Source: the human T2T-CHM13v2.0 reference genome, Homo sapiens. Taken from it: 64,000 nucleotides of DNA. The notes below the pieces were generated by a model. It was not told where the DNA came from. It did not search any database and saw nothing but the letters and a program-made list of their open reading frames with translations. The stretch lies in assembly GCF_009914755.1 (NCBI RefSeq), contig NC_060932.1. One strand, written 5' to 3'. The stretch's first letter is position 1, and each line of letters begins with the position of its first letter. Positions 43,235 through 57,413 of this stretch are shown here, piece after piece. The position numbers were made by a program, and so were the translations under genes.

Positions 43235-43900
43235 AACTTTTGCATATGCCTTTCTCTTTGTGTAGCATGGCCACCTGGGAACATTTTGACCTTTTCCATT
43301 TTCCATAACTCTTCACGTGGCTCTAGCCGATTAGAAACTGTAAAAATCTAACCGATTATAAACTGTAAAAATGAGGAATGAAAGAAAGGAAGGAAGGAAA
43401 GAAATAAAGGAATTGCATGCTGCAGTGTGAATGAGTGACTTACTCCCTAAAGTCTGCTAGGGAGGTCTGGCTAGGATCCCATGAGCAGTGCAGGTGAGTG
43501 GTTACCTTTGCCCACCTAGAGCTCTCCCTTCCGGAGAGCCAAGCCCACTGTGTGCACCCTTGAGCTTGGGGGCTCCTTTTCCCCTTCCCCTACACAAGTT
43601 CCCAATTAAATGGCAAATTCTCTTATTTTTTATTGTGAGTCCCTTCTAGATCTCAGCTAGCAGCTTATGTTCCGCCTCCCCCAAGAACTTCTCCAACTGG
43701 CCTTCCCAGTCTGCATGTGCATCCTCTTTCCCGTGTTCCCAACACCAGCAATGATCACTCACTACTGCCATGGCTTGTTGACTTTTCCCTGCTAGACCTT
43801 AAGTTCCTTGAGGGCAGAGACCGTGTTGTTTCTTATGGTCTCTCTTGTCCAACATGGTATTTCAAGAGTGTTCAGAAAATAAGTAAAGCACCCACTGAGG
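43235..43900 (+). mobile_element. L2 3' region split by a templated insertion
   Basis: cttttgcatatgcc...cttcacgtggct [insertion 43327-43642] cttctagatctcagct...ctagaccttaagttccttgagggcagagaccgtg. Confidence 0.65.
43364..43642 (+). repeat. Local duplication copy A
   Basis: Ungapped match to copy B; 28 mismatches in 232 nt of the unique part by hand count (~88%). Confidence 0.95.
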
Positions 43901-44548
43901 AATACAGAACTTGCTAAGAAGGGTACTTAGAGGAAATGGTCAATATGACTGAGAAATTTGGAGAAACCTTCACAGCAGAAGCGACAGATGTGCTGGGTTT
44001 TAAATGATGAGAATAATTTTGACAAGCAGAGGAGAAAAAGCAAGAGTCTCCAGACCAAAGGACCAACAGGAGTGAGGCTCCCAGGCCTGGAGCTCTATGC
44101 TGTTGAAACGTGGGGTGGGGTGGGAGGGAGAGGAAGAAGCTGGAAGGAAGGAGGGGGTCACTGAACTGGAAGGAGATACTCATTTGGGGAGTTATAAAGG
44201 ATGTTTCATACCAGAAAAAGTTTGGACTTTATTTTGCAGAGAACCAGGATCTATTAAAGTATTTTAAGTGGGTAGTGTTTTAAAAAGTGTTTTTTAAACA
44301 GCAAGGTGCAGAAGATGCATATATGCTTGCATTTATGCAGGACATAGATAAATAGACACTTTCACCTGTAGTATCTCTGGAAAGATACTGTAGAAACTGG
44401 TAGCAGTGGTTAGCTCTACCAAAGGGAACTTTTGTAGGAAGACAGGGATGGAAGGAAGATAATTTTTGCTGTATTCCTTTTGCCCTGTTTGTATTTTTCT
44501 CATATGTTTGTATTATATTTTCTAAAAGAACACACAATTTAAACTGAT

Positions 44549-45081
44549 TGTAAAAATGAGGAATGAAAGAAGGAAGGAAGGAAGGAAGGGAGGGGAAGGA
44601 AAGGAAAGGAAAGGAAAGGAAAGGAAAGGAAAGGAAAGGAAAGGAAAGGAAAGGAAAGGAAAGGAAAGGAAAGGAAAGGAAAGGAAAGGAAAGGAAAGGA
44701 AAGGAAAGGAAAGGAAAGGAAAGGAAAGGAAAGGAAAGGAAAGGAAAGGAAAGGAAAGGAAAGGAAAGGAAAGGAAAGGAAAGGAAAGGAAAGGAAAGGA
44801 AAGGAAAGGAAAGGAAAGGAAAGGAAAGGAAAGGAAAGGAAAGGAAAGGAATTGCGTACTGCAGTATGAATGAGTGACTTACTCCCGAAAGTCTGGTAGG
44901 GAGGTCTGGCTGGGAGCCTGTGAGCAGTGCAGGCGAGCGGTTACCTTTGCCCACTTAGAGCTCTCCTTTCTGGAGAGCCAAGCCCACTGTGTGCAGCCTT
45001 GAGCTCGGGGGCTGCTTTTTTCCTTCCCATACATAAGTTCCTAATTCAATAACAAATTATCTTATTTTTTATTGCAAGTCC
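44549..45081 (+). repeat. Local duplication copy B (contains the AAGGA array)
   Basis: Same sequence as 43364-43642 apart from the expanded purine tract. Confidence 0.95.
44596..44850 (+). repeat. Perfect (AAGGA)51 pentanucleotide array
   Basis: 255 bp uninterrupted, preceded by (GGAA)4; purine-only run 44565-44851. Confidence 0.98.
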
Positions 45082-46112
45082 AACCTCAAATTTTCAAAAA
45101 GGCAAATCCATCCTTAGTTGTCCTGGAAGAGAGGGCTCTTAGTCTTCTGCTGGAAGAGATGGCTCTTCCTCTCTTGGCTTCATGTGTGGTGCACTCAGTG
45201 GGCGCCCAGCTCTCCTGGCCCTGGCCCTGCTCACTTTGCTGATGCTTTGTGCTTAGACCAGCTCCCTCTCAGTGAGCCCAGGCAGGAGGGAGGAGAAGGG
45301 CTTGGTCCGCTCCTCAGAAGAGCACTTTGGAGCGCAAATGGAGAGACAGAGATTAGCTATTTGACCTCCCAAGCTGCCCCTCTGCTTTTTGGACGTCTGC
45401 AATCCTAAAAAGAAAGCGCTCCAGGCACATGAGAAGCCCAAAGTCAGGCACTGAGGGAGAAAGCAAATCAGCACCGCGACCTACCTCAGATCCCAAAATG
45501 ATGGCTTTGGGATTATGAATAGCTAACAGTTTTGGACTCCTAATGAGAGAAACTTCTAAAGAAATCACTTTTTTTTTTTTCCATGCAGGAAAAGTTATAA
45601 TTTAAGGCACTGAGACAACACAAATAAAAGATGCGTTTCAGTTTAAGTAAACCCAACTAAAAAAAAAAAAAAACAAAACCTGGACTGTGGAGCTAGATGT
45701 GAAGAGTATACTGAACACAAATGTAATGTTTACAGTCTGGGTTTCGGGAACACCTCTCTGGTACTGTCGGGTTGATCCTGAGTAAATGACTTCATCCATC
45801 TGGACGTTGAGTTTTCCCTTTAGATCCCCACGATACATTTCAATTCTTGCCTTCATTCCAGCAGTGTGCATTTGCATTCTGAAATGCTTCTTGATTTATT
45901 CATAGATGTCCTGTCACCTGTTATCCTAGAGTATGCAGAGCATCATTCCTCAGGATGCTGACGGCTCGTCTGAGCCAGGGGTGGTATGGGGGAAGGCGGA
46001 GTAACTAAGGCGCTTTGTTCTAAATCATCCAGTGCTTTAGGCCTTCAAACAGGCTAGAGTCATGTCTAGTGCTGGCATCACATGACTAAAGCTGGGAAGT
46101 GCCCATGATGGG

Positions 46113-46131
46113 GACCCTCGAGGTGGCAGCA
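46113..46131 (+). promoter_or_regulatory. CTCF-like motif
   Basis: gaccctcgaggtggcagca resembles CCASYAGRKGGCRS; motif only. Confidence 0.3.
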
Positions 46132-47967
46132 AGAACTTTCTTTTGCACATGGGTTTGTTCATATGAAAATCACGCTTCTGATACTGCCACCAAATCAGGA
46201 CTTGTGTCTGTCAGTGTTTCAAAAACCTCTGGATGATGGGAGGCCGACTCTTGCTTACTAGCAAGGATCTGAAAGTGGTTTGAAATCACCGGAACACATT
46301 TTTCAAGATGTTCTGCCTTTTGGGAGATCTTGCCAACAGTAAATATCACCAGAATTAACTGTGCCAAGCAAACATACTCTCACAATTTAAATTGAATTGT
46401 CAGCTTTGTGTAATAAAAGTTTAAAATTATGTGTTGCATGAAGAAAAAATTTACCCTATTATTTGAGTCAAAATTAAATTAAAGACTGGATGCACTTACT
46501 TTGTAATAGGCTTTTTACATTGTTGTGGGATGTCCCTTAGTCATTTCTATCCAAGCCATATTTCTTTAAAGCGAGTCATATACATTTGCTATCTCTAGTG
46601 TCCTTGACATTACCAAAGCACACAATATTTCTTCAGTATAACTTTCTTTCCTAGTAATAACAGTTGATCCATCTTAATATTGCTAAAGTTTGGACTTTCA
46701 GATTCGTATGAAGAATGATCTGTTTCCACACAGTTTCACTCTATTTAATTTTTGGAGACTCTGGCCACAATAGCAAATGCTACAGATACTGCTTCTCACT
46801 CCTGTGGTCCAACAGACCCTCTAGAGTAGGGTGGCCAGGTAGAAGAGAGGACTGGGTGTTTCTTTTTTTATTTGCTAGGTCTGACAATCCTACAGCAGAG
46901 CCCTTCGAACATTCTCAGACCTCCTGTCTATACCGGCCTCCACTTCCACCCTCTCTCTCCTCCCATTATCCCCCTTCTACTTGCTCCAGCCTTTCAGATC
47001 CCACAGGGCCCCCCTACTGGTCTCCCCTGAGCTGTTGTTCACGTGCTTGCTTCTGTGCCTCTCCCCAACCCCCATCTTGAAGTGCTGAATTTATAGGCAG
47101 GATACTCCCCACTGTAGAGTCCCGTCTCTAGCCTTGGATAGCTCAGCTTTCCTCTTAGCCGAAGTTTACCCTTGTGGCAATTTCTCCTATGTCTGTCATG
47201 TCCATGTGCTTGGCCCTTTGCTGAGTGTGCCAAGAGGAATTTACCTTGGCCCAACAGCATCTTTTATTCATAATGGTGGATGACCAAAGCATTGGGCTGA
47301 AACTAAAAGTAAAGAGAATTAAAAAGCCATCACTCTGCGGGTGGGTTGCTACCGTAAAGGAACTTCTTAATGTGAAAATCATGTTTGCAATACCACAACT
47401 AAATCTTCCTGTGTGTCTGCAGGCCCTCCAGACACAGGCCATGGGCTCTGCTTTCTTATTACCAAGTCACTGTTTCATTAAATGAGTTGGACTCAATAGA
47501 GTACAAGCAGAAAGCAATTACTTTTTTGTGTGTTAAGTTGCACGCTTCAGCTTTGCTCCTGGATGAAATCCCAGGCAGGTCTTATAGAATTACCAAATAG
47601 CCTCATTTCTCAGATAATAAAAATGTCCAGTTTAATTCAAAATTGAAATTTGTCATACAATTTAAACTCTTTTCTTCCCACCAAGTTGGACCTGATACAA
47701 GATTGGGAGCCAAGAGTGGGGTAGCATCGTGGTTGGCTAGATCACTATTTCCACCCCTCCTCCCTCATTCTGCTCCCCCAGAACTGTAGAAGGATGGAAA
47801 GAAGAAAGGAAAGACACAAGAAAGGGCTCCCCTGGTTGTCACCATGAGTTTGGTGTTAGGCTGTTTCTTTCTCCTGCACAGCACTCTTCTGTGTTCGTTG
47901 GAGTCTTCCTTTGACATCTCACTAAACATCATGGGAATCTCCAACCTGCAATTCTAAAGCAGGCAAT

Positions 47968-48515
<548 letters not shown>

Positions 48516-49728
48516 TGTTTTAAAATAAATAAATAAAACAGGTAAAGTATCTATCTGCCCACTCGCCTGCCAACCCCTGCAGCCCCTGGTACTCCCCTCT
48601 GTCCGTGGGGATGCCTTCATCTCTCAAGCCCTGTCTCTTCTCTGCTCCCTGGCAAGGGAGGCTCCAATCACAATCTTCTCTTTGGGCTTTACAACTGGAA
48701 GGCAGATACCAGACTCTGTACCCACCAGTTCTGAGCCACACAGGTAAATCTTTCTGAGTGGTCTCTGAGGCCTCTCTTGCTTCGTCTAGAGTGAGAAGAA
48801 AATACCCACGCCCCTTCCTCCACGCCAGGGGCTGGGGTGCAGGTGGTGGGAATGCCCAGCTTCTGCCAATGCTCTTCAAACCAATCCTTGCCACTGGTTG
48901 CTTCAACCTCCTCCTAAATTCCTAGTCTTCTCTTTTGCATTATTGAAGGAGGTGACCAGAACAAGTTTTGGGCTACCCCCACAAAGATGATCTAGAATCC
49001 CCTTTGAGGTAGTTTTCGGCTTTGGGGGCGTCACCCAAATTTCAACACAGAAGAGTATCATCTTAATATCCCATTGCAGTTACTGTTTCCTAAACAACCT
49101 CTATAGTGTTGAAAAGTCACTTTTGGATGGAGAGCTTCTAAAATATAATCACGCTAAATTTTGACTCATTTTACTCCTAAATTTATTTCTCGGGAGAGAG
49201 AGGAAGTGACACAAAAGATGCTGCTCTGAACCTAATATAAGTACTTTGAAGGGAACAGAAGGCATAATCAGATGTGCATCTCATATTTTAAGAAAGGAGA
49301 TATCAAAGGGTGAAGGGTGCATTTCAAATGCACCCACAGGGAGAAACTAAAAGGGAAGATGGGGTATGAGGCGCTCATAAATGCAGAATTACAACAAATA
49401 TTCTACTAAAAAAGGAAAAGGAGCAGGTCTTCGGGAAAAGCCACGCGGTTGTATGTGCTGTTGAGTTGGGTGCTCTCAGCCCATGCGCATGAGCTAGAAA
49501 AAGCAGAGCACAGCCAGAGACACAAGCGAAGGGGCAGCCAGAGCCTGGAAGGAAGGCGGAAGGAAAGCCCGGGCCCAGGAAGAGCTGAAGCCTGCAAGAC
49601 AGGACAGACGGCACAGTGGCTGGTGTTCAGTGAAAGAACTACGCTCTGTACCGGGCTCTGCCCTGAGCCTTCCATTTGAACTTGTTTGATCATCACAATA
49701 CCTCGATGATATTATTATCCTTATTTTA

Positions 49729-50171
<443 letters not shown>

Positions 50172-52429
50172 TTAACTATTGCCTTGCTGCTTTTCTGTGC
50201 ATTGGTCCATTCTGGTCTCTACCAGGTCTCTGAGACTCTGAGAGCATGGCTTATGCTTTGCTCATCTCTGTAATCCCAGCATGTAGCTCCATGCCTGGTG
50301 TGTGGCAAATGCTTCAAGTTTGTGGAGCTGAACAAGCGGGTCTGGTGGAATGAGACTCCTCCTGTGTCTTATTTTTGCCAAAGCCTCCAAACTGAGGTTC
50401 GTGGATGATAAGTGCCCTCCATATTCTGAAGAGAAGGGTCAGCCATGGTCAGCTTAAATCTACACAGAGTGCAACACAAGGGTCTGGAACATGTGGGTCC
50501 AGCAACCACCTATGCCTCTGATGAGACTAGTGGCTCTTGGAAGAGAAGAAAGAGGTCTTTGAAGAGAATGTATAGAACTACAGAGAGCAGTGTTGCCTTT
50601 CTCCTCCTCCCTGCCTCCAACCCCACTAAAGGTAAGTGAACAAGGGCCTTGGAGAACCACCAGATGGGGGCTGTTTTCTGGAAGGGGAAGCTGGCACTCA
50701 CTCGCTGGCCAAGTGTGGGCTGAGCGTCCCCCAGGCTGTGGCTGCACAGGGCACAGGAGGGTCCCCGGGAGAGCTTGAAACATGGCCCTTGGGTTTGAGG
50801 GTCCTGAAACTGGGGACTGAAGCAGCCCAACGGCAGAGAGGTGGCTGAAGCCCCCACTAGGCAGGGAGAGAAGAGTGGGCAGCCAATGGAGTGCCCTGCA
50901 ATCCCCCAGTTTGAAAAAAACCAGAGCCAAGCGGGATGCCTGCCAGAGGGGAAGGAGCCTGGAAGCAGACTACAGGCAGGGAGAGCTCAGGGGCACCCTA
51001 AGAAATAATCTAAAAGCCCATGGCCCCTGTCGAGGATGGTGTCCTTATGCACCGCCACGTGGATCTGAGAGAGTTGTTTGTCAGGAGGTGGGGAGGTGTC
51101 CCTAAAGAATCCACAAAAGGGTCCAATGGGAAATTTCCAATATGTGTACATAGGCAATGAGAGAAAGCATTACACAGCTCAGAGCAAACCACAGCTGAAC
51201 CACAGGTCCCTGGACCAAACCAGGAGCTGCAGAGAGTAGGTTAGAGGCAGGAAATGTGGTGCGGGGAGAGAAGGGAAAAACTTCTATTGGATGAGAGAGT
51301 GAAGTTTTGGTTTGGATTACACTGCACTTGCTAATATCTGAAAGTCGACCAGATCTCTTTAAGATCTGCCCAAGATGTAACCAAGCTGTAGTGAAGGGAC
51401 AGCTCAATCAGCTGTCGAGAGGCCATGATGGAGAAACTCAAGGCTATTTCCTGATGTTGCCGAGCAAACCAGCCTTTTCTGTCACCAGGTGCACAAGGAA
51501 GCAGCAGGCAGGTGGGTGGGTAGCAGAATGCTAACAGGTAACTGCATTTCCCCAGTTCTAAGGCACAATTTTCTTTAAAGAGAACATTTTGACGTTTCTG
51601 AAATTCAATGCCCTATAAATCTAAGTTCACATTTATTATTTTTCCTCCAAAGACATTTTTAAAATTTATGCTGTCTTAAAATACATCACATCTTAGGATG
51701 GAGATTAGTTTGTAATGACAGAGCTGATGACAGGCTTTATGTTTCTTCAAGTGCTCTCGCTGGCACTATCACAGGTTGAATGTCACTCTCTGTCCTTCCT
51801 TGTTCTTGTCCAGCCTGCGTAGGAAAAGCCAGAATAGGAGTGAGCAGGGATGGCCTGAGGTTGTAGGGTACAAAGCACAGGGTACTCGCACCCAAGTTAT
51901 TGGCCAAGGATGTCCAGGAAGCACAAGATTACCCAAGATTTTGAGTTCCAGTGATGAGGTAGGACCAAGAATATAATCTAAAGTACAAGGTTGGCCATAT
52001 AGAATATGAAAGTGAGTGAGCCACGAGAGATTTTTAAAGAAAGATGCAAGGGAAGGAAGGTAGGAAGTGAGGGAAAAAGGAAGGAAGGGAGGGAGGGAGG
52101 GAAGTAGGAAGGGAAGGGTAACTGCCTTCAGTTGAATTCATGGAGAGGAAGAGAGCTGTTAAGGGGACTAAGATGATATAGTCACAACTACATAAACTTA
52201 GACAAAGGAAGGATTTTATACATGAGAAAATTGAATCCTATGAAATAGGGGTAAGCAGTGTGTCCGAGGTTACATGACTAGTAAACAACAGAATTAATCA
52301 ACTTCAATTTTTCTTCCATGTTCTCCCCTAATGAGAAAAAAAGTGTCCATAATGAAAGGGGTAAAAGAAAGATGCTTAGAAAGAAAATACCACTTCAGAT
52401 GGTTAAAAAAAATAGTAAGAAAACATCTA

Positions 52430-52605
52430 GGCTGGGGGTGGTGGCTCAGACCTGTAATCTCAACTCTTTGGGAGGCTGAGGCAGGAGGATGACTTAACCT
52501 CAGAAGTTGGAGACTGCCGTGAGCCATGAATGTGCCATGGCACCGTAGCCTGGGCAACAGAGAAAGACCCCATCTCTAAAATTAAAAAAAAAAACAAAAG
52601 AAAAG
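52430..52605 (+). mobile_element. FRAM / free Alu monomer
   Basis: Single diverged monomer with A-rich tail. Confidence 0.8.
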
Positions 52606-53219
52606 AATCTGAGAGTCCACAAAAACAAATATTCATTTTTTTATGGGTGCAATACTAATCTCATTTTCTTCATAGTGTTAGTATCCTAGCATGTTAAGGG
52701 AATTCACGGAACAAAACAAATTTGAAAAAGTTCCTTAAAAACAGGTAGAAATACACAAGTTGAATGAAATACGGTTTGGAAAATTCCTAAGCGATTAAAA
52801 ACTCATACCCAAAGAGAATAAGCTGTACTGTGAATGAATATTAAGAAATCATTGTCCAAAGGAAAGGAACATTTATTTATTTCTCTATTTATTGCTTTTA
52901 CTGCCATTAAAATTCTTATTAATGATTCAAAACAATAGAAAAAAAAATCCTGGTGGAATTATCTAACATTTTTACCAAGACCATGGTTATTTGGGTTAGT
53001 AACGTGTATGACCTTTATTTGTGGGTAAGAGTAACTTGGTTCCTTGTTTATGGAGAACAGTGGTTTGTAGAACATTTTTATTTAAACCTTAAGTCCTCTT
53101 AGGTGATGAGAGCAGGGAGTTTCATGCTGCAGATACTACCTTTTACTCTTCCAGCTCTTCTGGTGGTATATTACGGATATTGCTTCATAGTCATAAAATT
53201 CTGATGATATTCAAGGTGT

Positions 53220-53640
53220 CAATCATTCTCCATGTCACAATCAATTATCCCTTCTAGCTAAACATACCGGGTTCTTTCAAGCCATAATATGTTATGGCAC
53301 TTAGACCTTTAACCTTCTGTCTATCCATGAACATTGCCTAGTTTACTAGTGTTGCCCTTAAGATTTGACAGCTAATTATCAACTCCAATTCTCCAGGTAA
53401 GGTGTAATCACTTAAAAGCACAAGATAATGATGTCCAGCCTTGATCTAGAAACTCTTCCTCTATTAAAACAGACGGAAATTGTACCATTTCTGTAGTATG
53501 GGCTTCATACGTCTGGCACTGACTGAGTTTGTAAGCTGAAGCTCTCCAGTATTTTTCATTTGAACTGCTATTGAAACAAGTGTTCTTCATCTTGTCCCTA
53601 TTGAATTCCTAGGAATAGAATAAATGGCTAGAAATTAATT
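53220..53640 (-). mobile_element. L3/CR1 LINE fragment
   Basis: ttctagctaaacataccgggttctttcaagc...ccttgatctagaaactcttcctctattaa resembles antisense L3 ORF2. Confidence 0.6.
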
Positions 53641-53668
53641 TCTGTTGCATTTCACTTCTTAATTTTAG

Positions 53669-53977
<309 letters not shown>

Positions 53978-55071
53978 CCACATTTTTTTAACTTAAATGT
54001 ATCATTGATGTATTAGTTTAGCACAAGTCATCTTCATTCATTCAACAAAATCTTGAGTACCTAAAATACACTGGGTATGTCATAAGCAATAAATCTTTAA
54101 GATATGAGGTTCAAATATTTATAATCCACCATAGAACCAATATATTTTAGAAGAAATAACCAAGGAATTCTAAATAGCTGGAAGCTATTCCATACCTGCG
54201 ACAGGTTTCTCTGACAGCATCAGTTCATCAGGGAAGGCAATGGAGCTTCCCCTGGCCCTCGGCCAGTTCAGCTCCCAATTCTGCTTGCTTCAGATGTGAT
54301 TAGATTCACATTTTCTTCACAGTCTAAACAAGCTCTTCATTTCTCTTTACCCCCAGAAATTATATCTTCAAATGTTTTCAGTCCTATAAGATTCCCTGGA
54401 TTTACATGTCAACTCTCATCCCTTTGATGTTGGTGGCTTGAACTTTTCCCTCTTCCATGAATTCATCACTTCTACATAGGAAACAGTCGGGTATTCATTT
54501 GGGGGCACGGTAGCAAGAGTAAATTTCTCAGAATGAGGAGAACTGGTTTTTCCTAAAAACATCTGTGTGAGAGAAAGCCAGTCATGCTACTTCTCCAAGC
54601 CTCGGCTTCGTTCTTTGTCAACAGAGTGTCATGATGACGGGCTTAACAGAATCATTGACTCGTCCTGTGTGCTAGGGCGTTACAGTGCACTGGTTTGGGA
54701 TGCCTCTGTAGAGGACCCTCCTTGTGACAATGAAAATGCTTGGGTTTGCAGATAAGGACAGGTAAGAGAAAGCTTGGTAGAAGAGTTCTGCTGGCTACAA
54801 TGAAGTTCTGGCTTTAGACTGACTCTGAACCCCGCAAAAATGGTCTGTATACTCAGCTTTGAATCATTAATTTTGAAAACTGTGGCCCCTTTCAGAAAAG
54901 TTTTCTTTTGAAGGAGATAGGGCAAGAAAGAAGGAGAGATACTTCAAGTGTGTAGGTGTGTGTGTAATCTACACAGAGAAAAATTATTAAAGTTGAACAT
55001 ACAGTTATACAGAGAACATTTGTATAACCACTGGGAGATCCCTTTTAAAATAGAATTTAGTTTTAGAGTAC

Positions 55072-55386
55072 TTTTATTTATTTATTCATTCATTCATTTA
55101 ATAGAGATGGGGTCTTGCTCTGTCACCCAGGTCGGAGTACAGTGGCATGATTATGGTTCACCATAACCTTGAACTTTTAGGCCCAAGGATCCTTCTTCCT
55201 CAGCCTCCCAAGTAGCTGGAACTACAGGCACATGGCATCATGCCTGGCTTATTTGTTTTTTATTTTTTGTAGAGATGGGGTCTTGCTATGTTGCCCAGAC
55301 TGGTCTCAAACTCCCAGCCTCAAGCGATCTTTCTACTTTGGCCTTCCAAAGTGTTGGGATTACAGGCATGAGCTACCACACCTACC
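55072..55386 (-). mobile_element. AluJ
   Basis: Diverged antisense Alu; TSD-like ttagagta(c/g)tttt. Confidence 0.9.
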
Positions 55387-55544
55387 TTAGAGTAGTTTTA
55401 GATTCACAGGAAAATTGAGCATAAGGTACACAGATACCATATCTGTGTACCCCTAATCCCTCACCCCCTAATCCCACAACTTCCTGGATTATCAAAATCT
55501 CCCACCAGGTGACACATTTGTTAAAATGAATGAACCTATATTGA

Positions 55545-55921
<377 letters not shown>

Positions 55922-57214
55922 CTGGTGTTGTACATTCTATAGATCTGGATATATGACATGTATCCACCATTATGAGACCTTTTTTAAATTGCTCAAAATG
56001 CCCAGACTGAAAGTTCAACACCAAAGAGAGCTCGCTGATTCCAGGATGTCAGCTCACTAGAGCTGGGGACCTAGGTTTTCTGTCCAGCTGATTCCTCTCT
56101 TTCAAGCCTGGAAAGTACAAATAACCACTTGTATGCTGGGCAATCCTGCCTTACCCTGGCTCCCAGGGAGGCCAGATGGGAAAGCCTTCCAAAGGACCAG
56201 AAGAACAAGAGCTCTTTGGGGCTCTGGCAGGAGATACGTCCCCCTCTGAGAAGGGGGGTCACTGCAGTCACTGTACATTTCAGTCAGGAGTCCAGCTCTG
56301 CCATCTGGCTGGAAAGACCAGCCTGGAAAGAAACTGTGAACTAGGGAAGCTCATCTTTGGGGCTCCTCCCGCTGACTCTTAACACCCCCTACCACTTTCC
56401 CCATTAGCCACCTAATTGTCTTCCTAACATATGGACGAGAATTTAGATTCCTCCTGCTACATACCAACCCCAAGTGAATGGGAACTCAAGGTTATCTGGT
56501 AAGAGTTTAGAGAGTAGCTGCCAGGGAGCACCCTTTCAGCTTCGAAGGAAGGAAGCTATGAAGTTGGAGCAAAAGGCAAAAGAGAGGAAGATTTCCCTTG
56601 GCCCCCTCTCTCTCTGCCCTGCCCCAAAAAAGACTGCAAGGTCATCGTGACGCGCCAAACTTCCAGTCCAGCTGGCCTGCCGTGGGGTGACCAGCCCTCT
56701 CCATTCTCTCCTCCAAAACAGGGCACAATTTGAAATTCTGTTCAAGTACGTGGAAACACAACTTCCAAGCAAGTTCATTAAGCAAACAAACAAAAAAAAA
56801 AACCCAAACTGTGAGTGTGCTGCTGCTCATCACACAGAGACTGCACAAGGTCAAGGATACATTTTGTGAGCACAGAGTTCACAAGACACCTCCCCATAAG
56901 TGCCAAACGTGACTCACTGGCATCATCTTTATCAATGACAATTTAATGCCATGCCTTTTTGGAAGAACATTCAGCGTATTACAAAGATTCTGAATTAACG
57001 TCTAGAATTATAAAATGCTATGGAGAAAGCCAAGTGTATGTTTCATCTCTAGCTCCTGTGGCTTTCTTAACCAGCATCCCTCTACAGAAGCAAGGACGAA
57101 TGGGGGAGCCACATTCTCTCTCCTTCCCTTGTTCCCTCTAACTAACTATAGTTGTCCTAAGATGCCAGGGCCTTCTCTCCACTACCACTGGCGAGTCTGA
57201 GAGTGTTCAGGTTC

Positions 57215-57370
57215 AAAGCTCATAGCATTTTGATGGGCATGCCAGCTGGAGCCAGACTATCTGGCTTCCAGTCCCAGCCGAGTTCAACCCTTCGTGTGCC
57301 TCAGTTCTCTCAACTGTAAAACAGTAATAACAACACAACATCCCTCATGGAATTAAACACATAAATATCA
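57215..57370 (+). mobile_element. MIR SINE
   Basis: ctggagccagactatctggcttccagtcccagc...gtgcctcagttctctcaactgtaaaa. Confidence 0.7.
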
Positions 57371-57413
57371 TTATTTCCTGCCATGCCCTCATCAATCTTG
57401 TCTTCTCATCACT

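Noticed and set aside
44280-44954. 224-aa (FLSFP)n ORF and (KGKER)n ORFs
   Set aside because: Artefacts of the stop-free AAGGA array
45569-46380. Poly(T) followed by unique sequence as a minus-strand processed pseudogene
   Set aside because: No recognisable protein in the minus frames I translated and no TSD found
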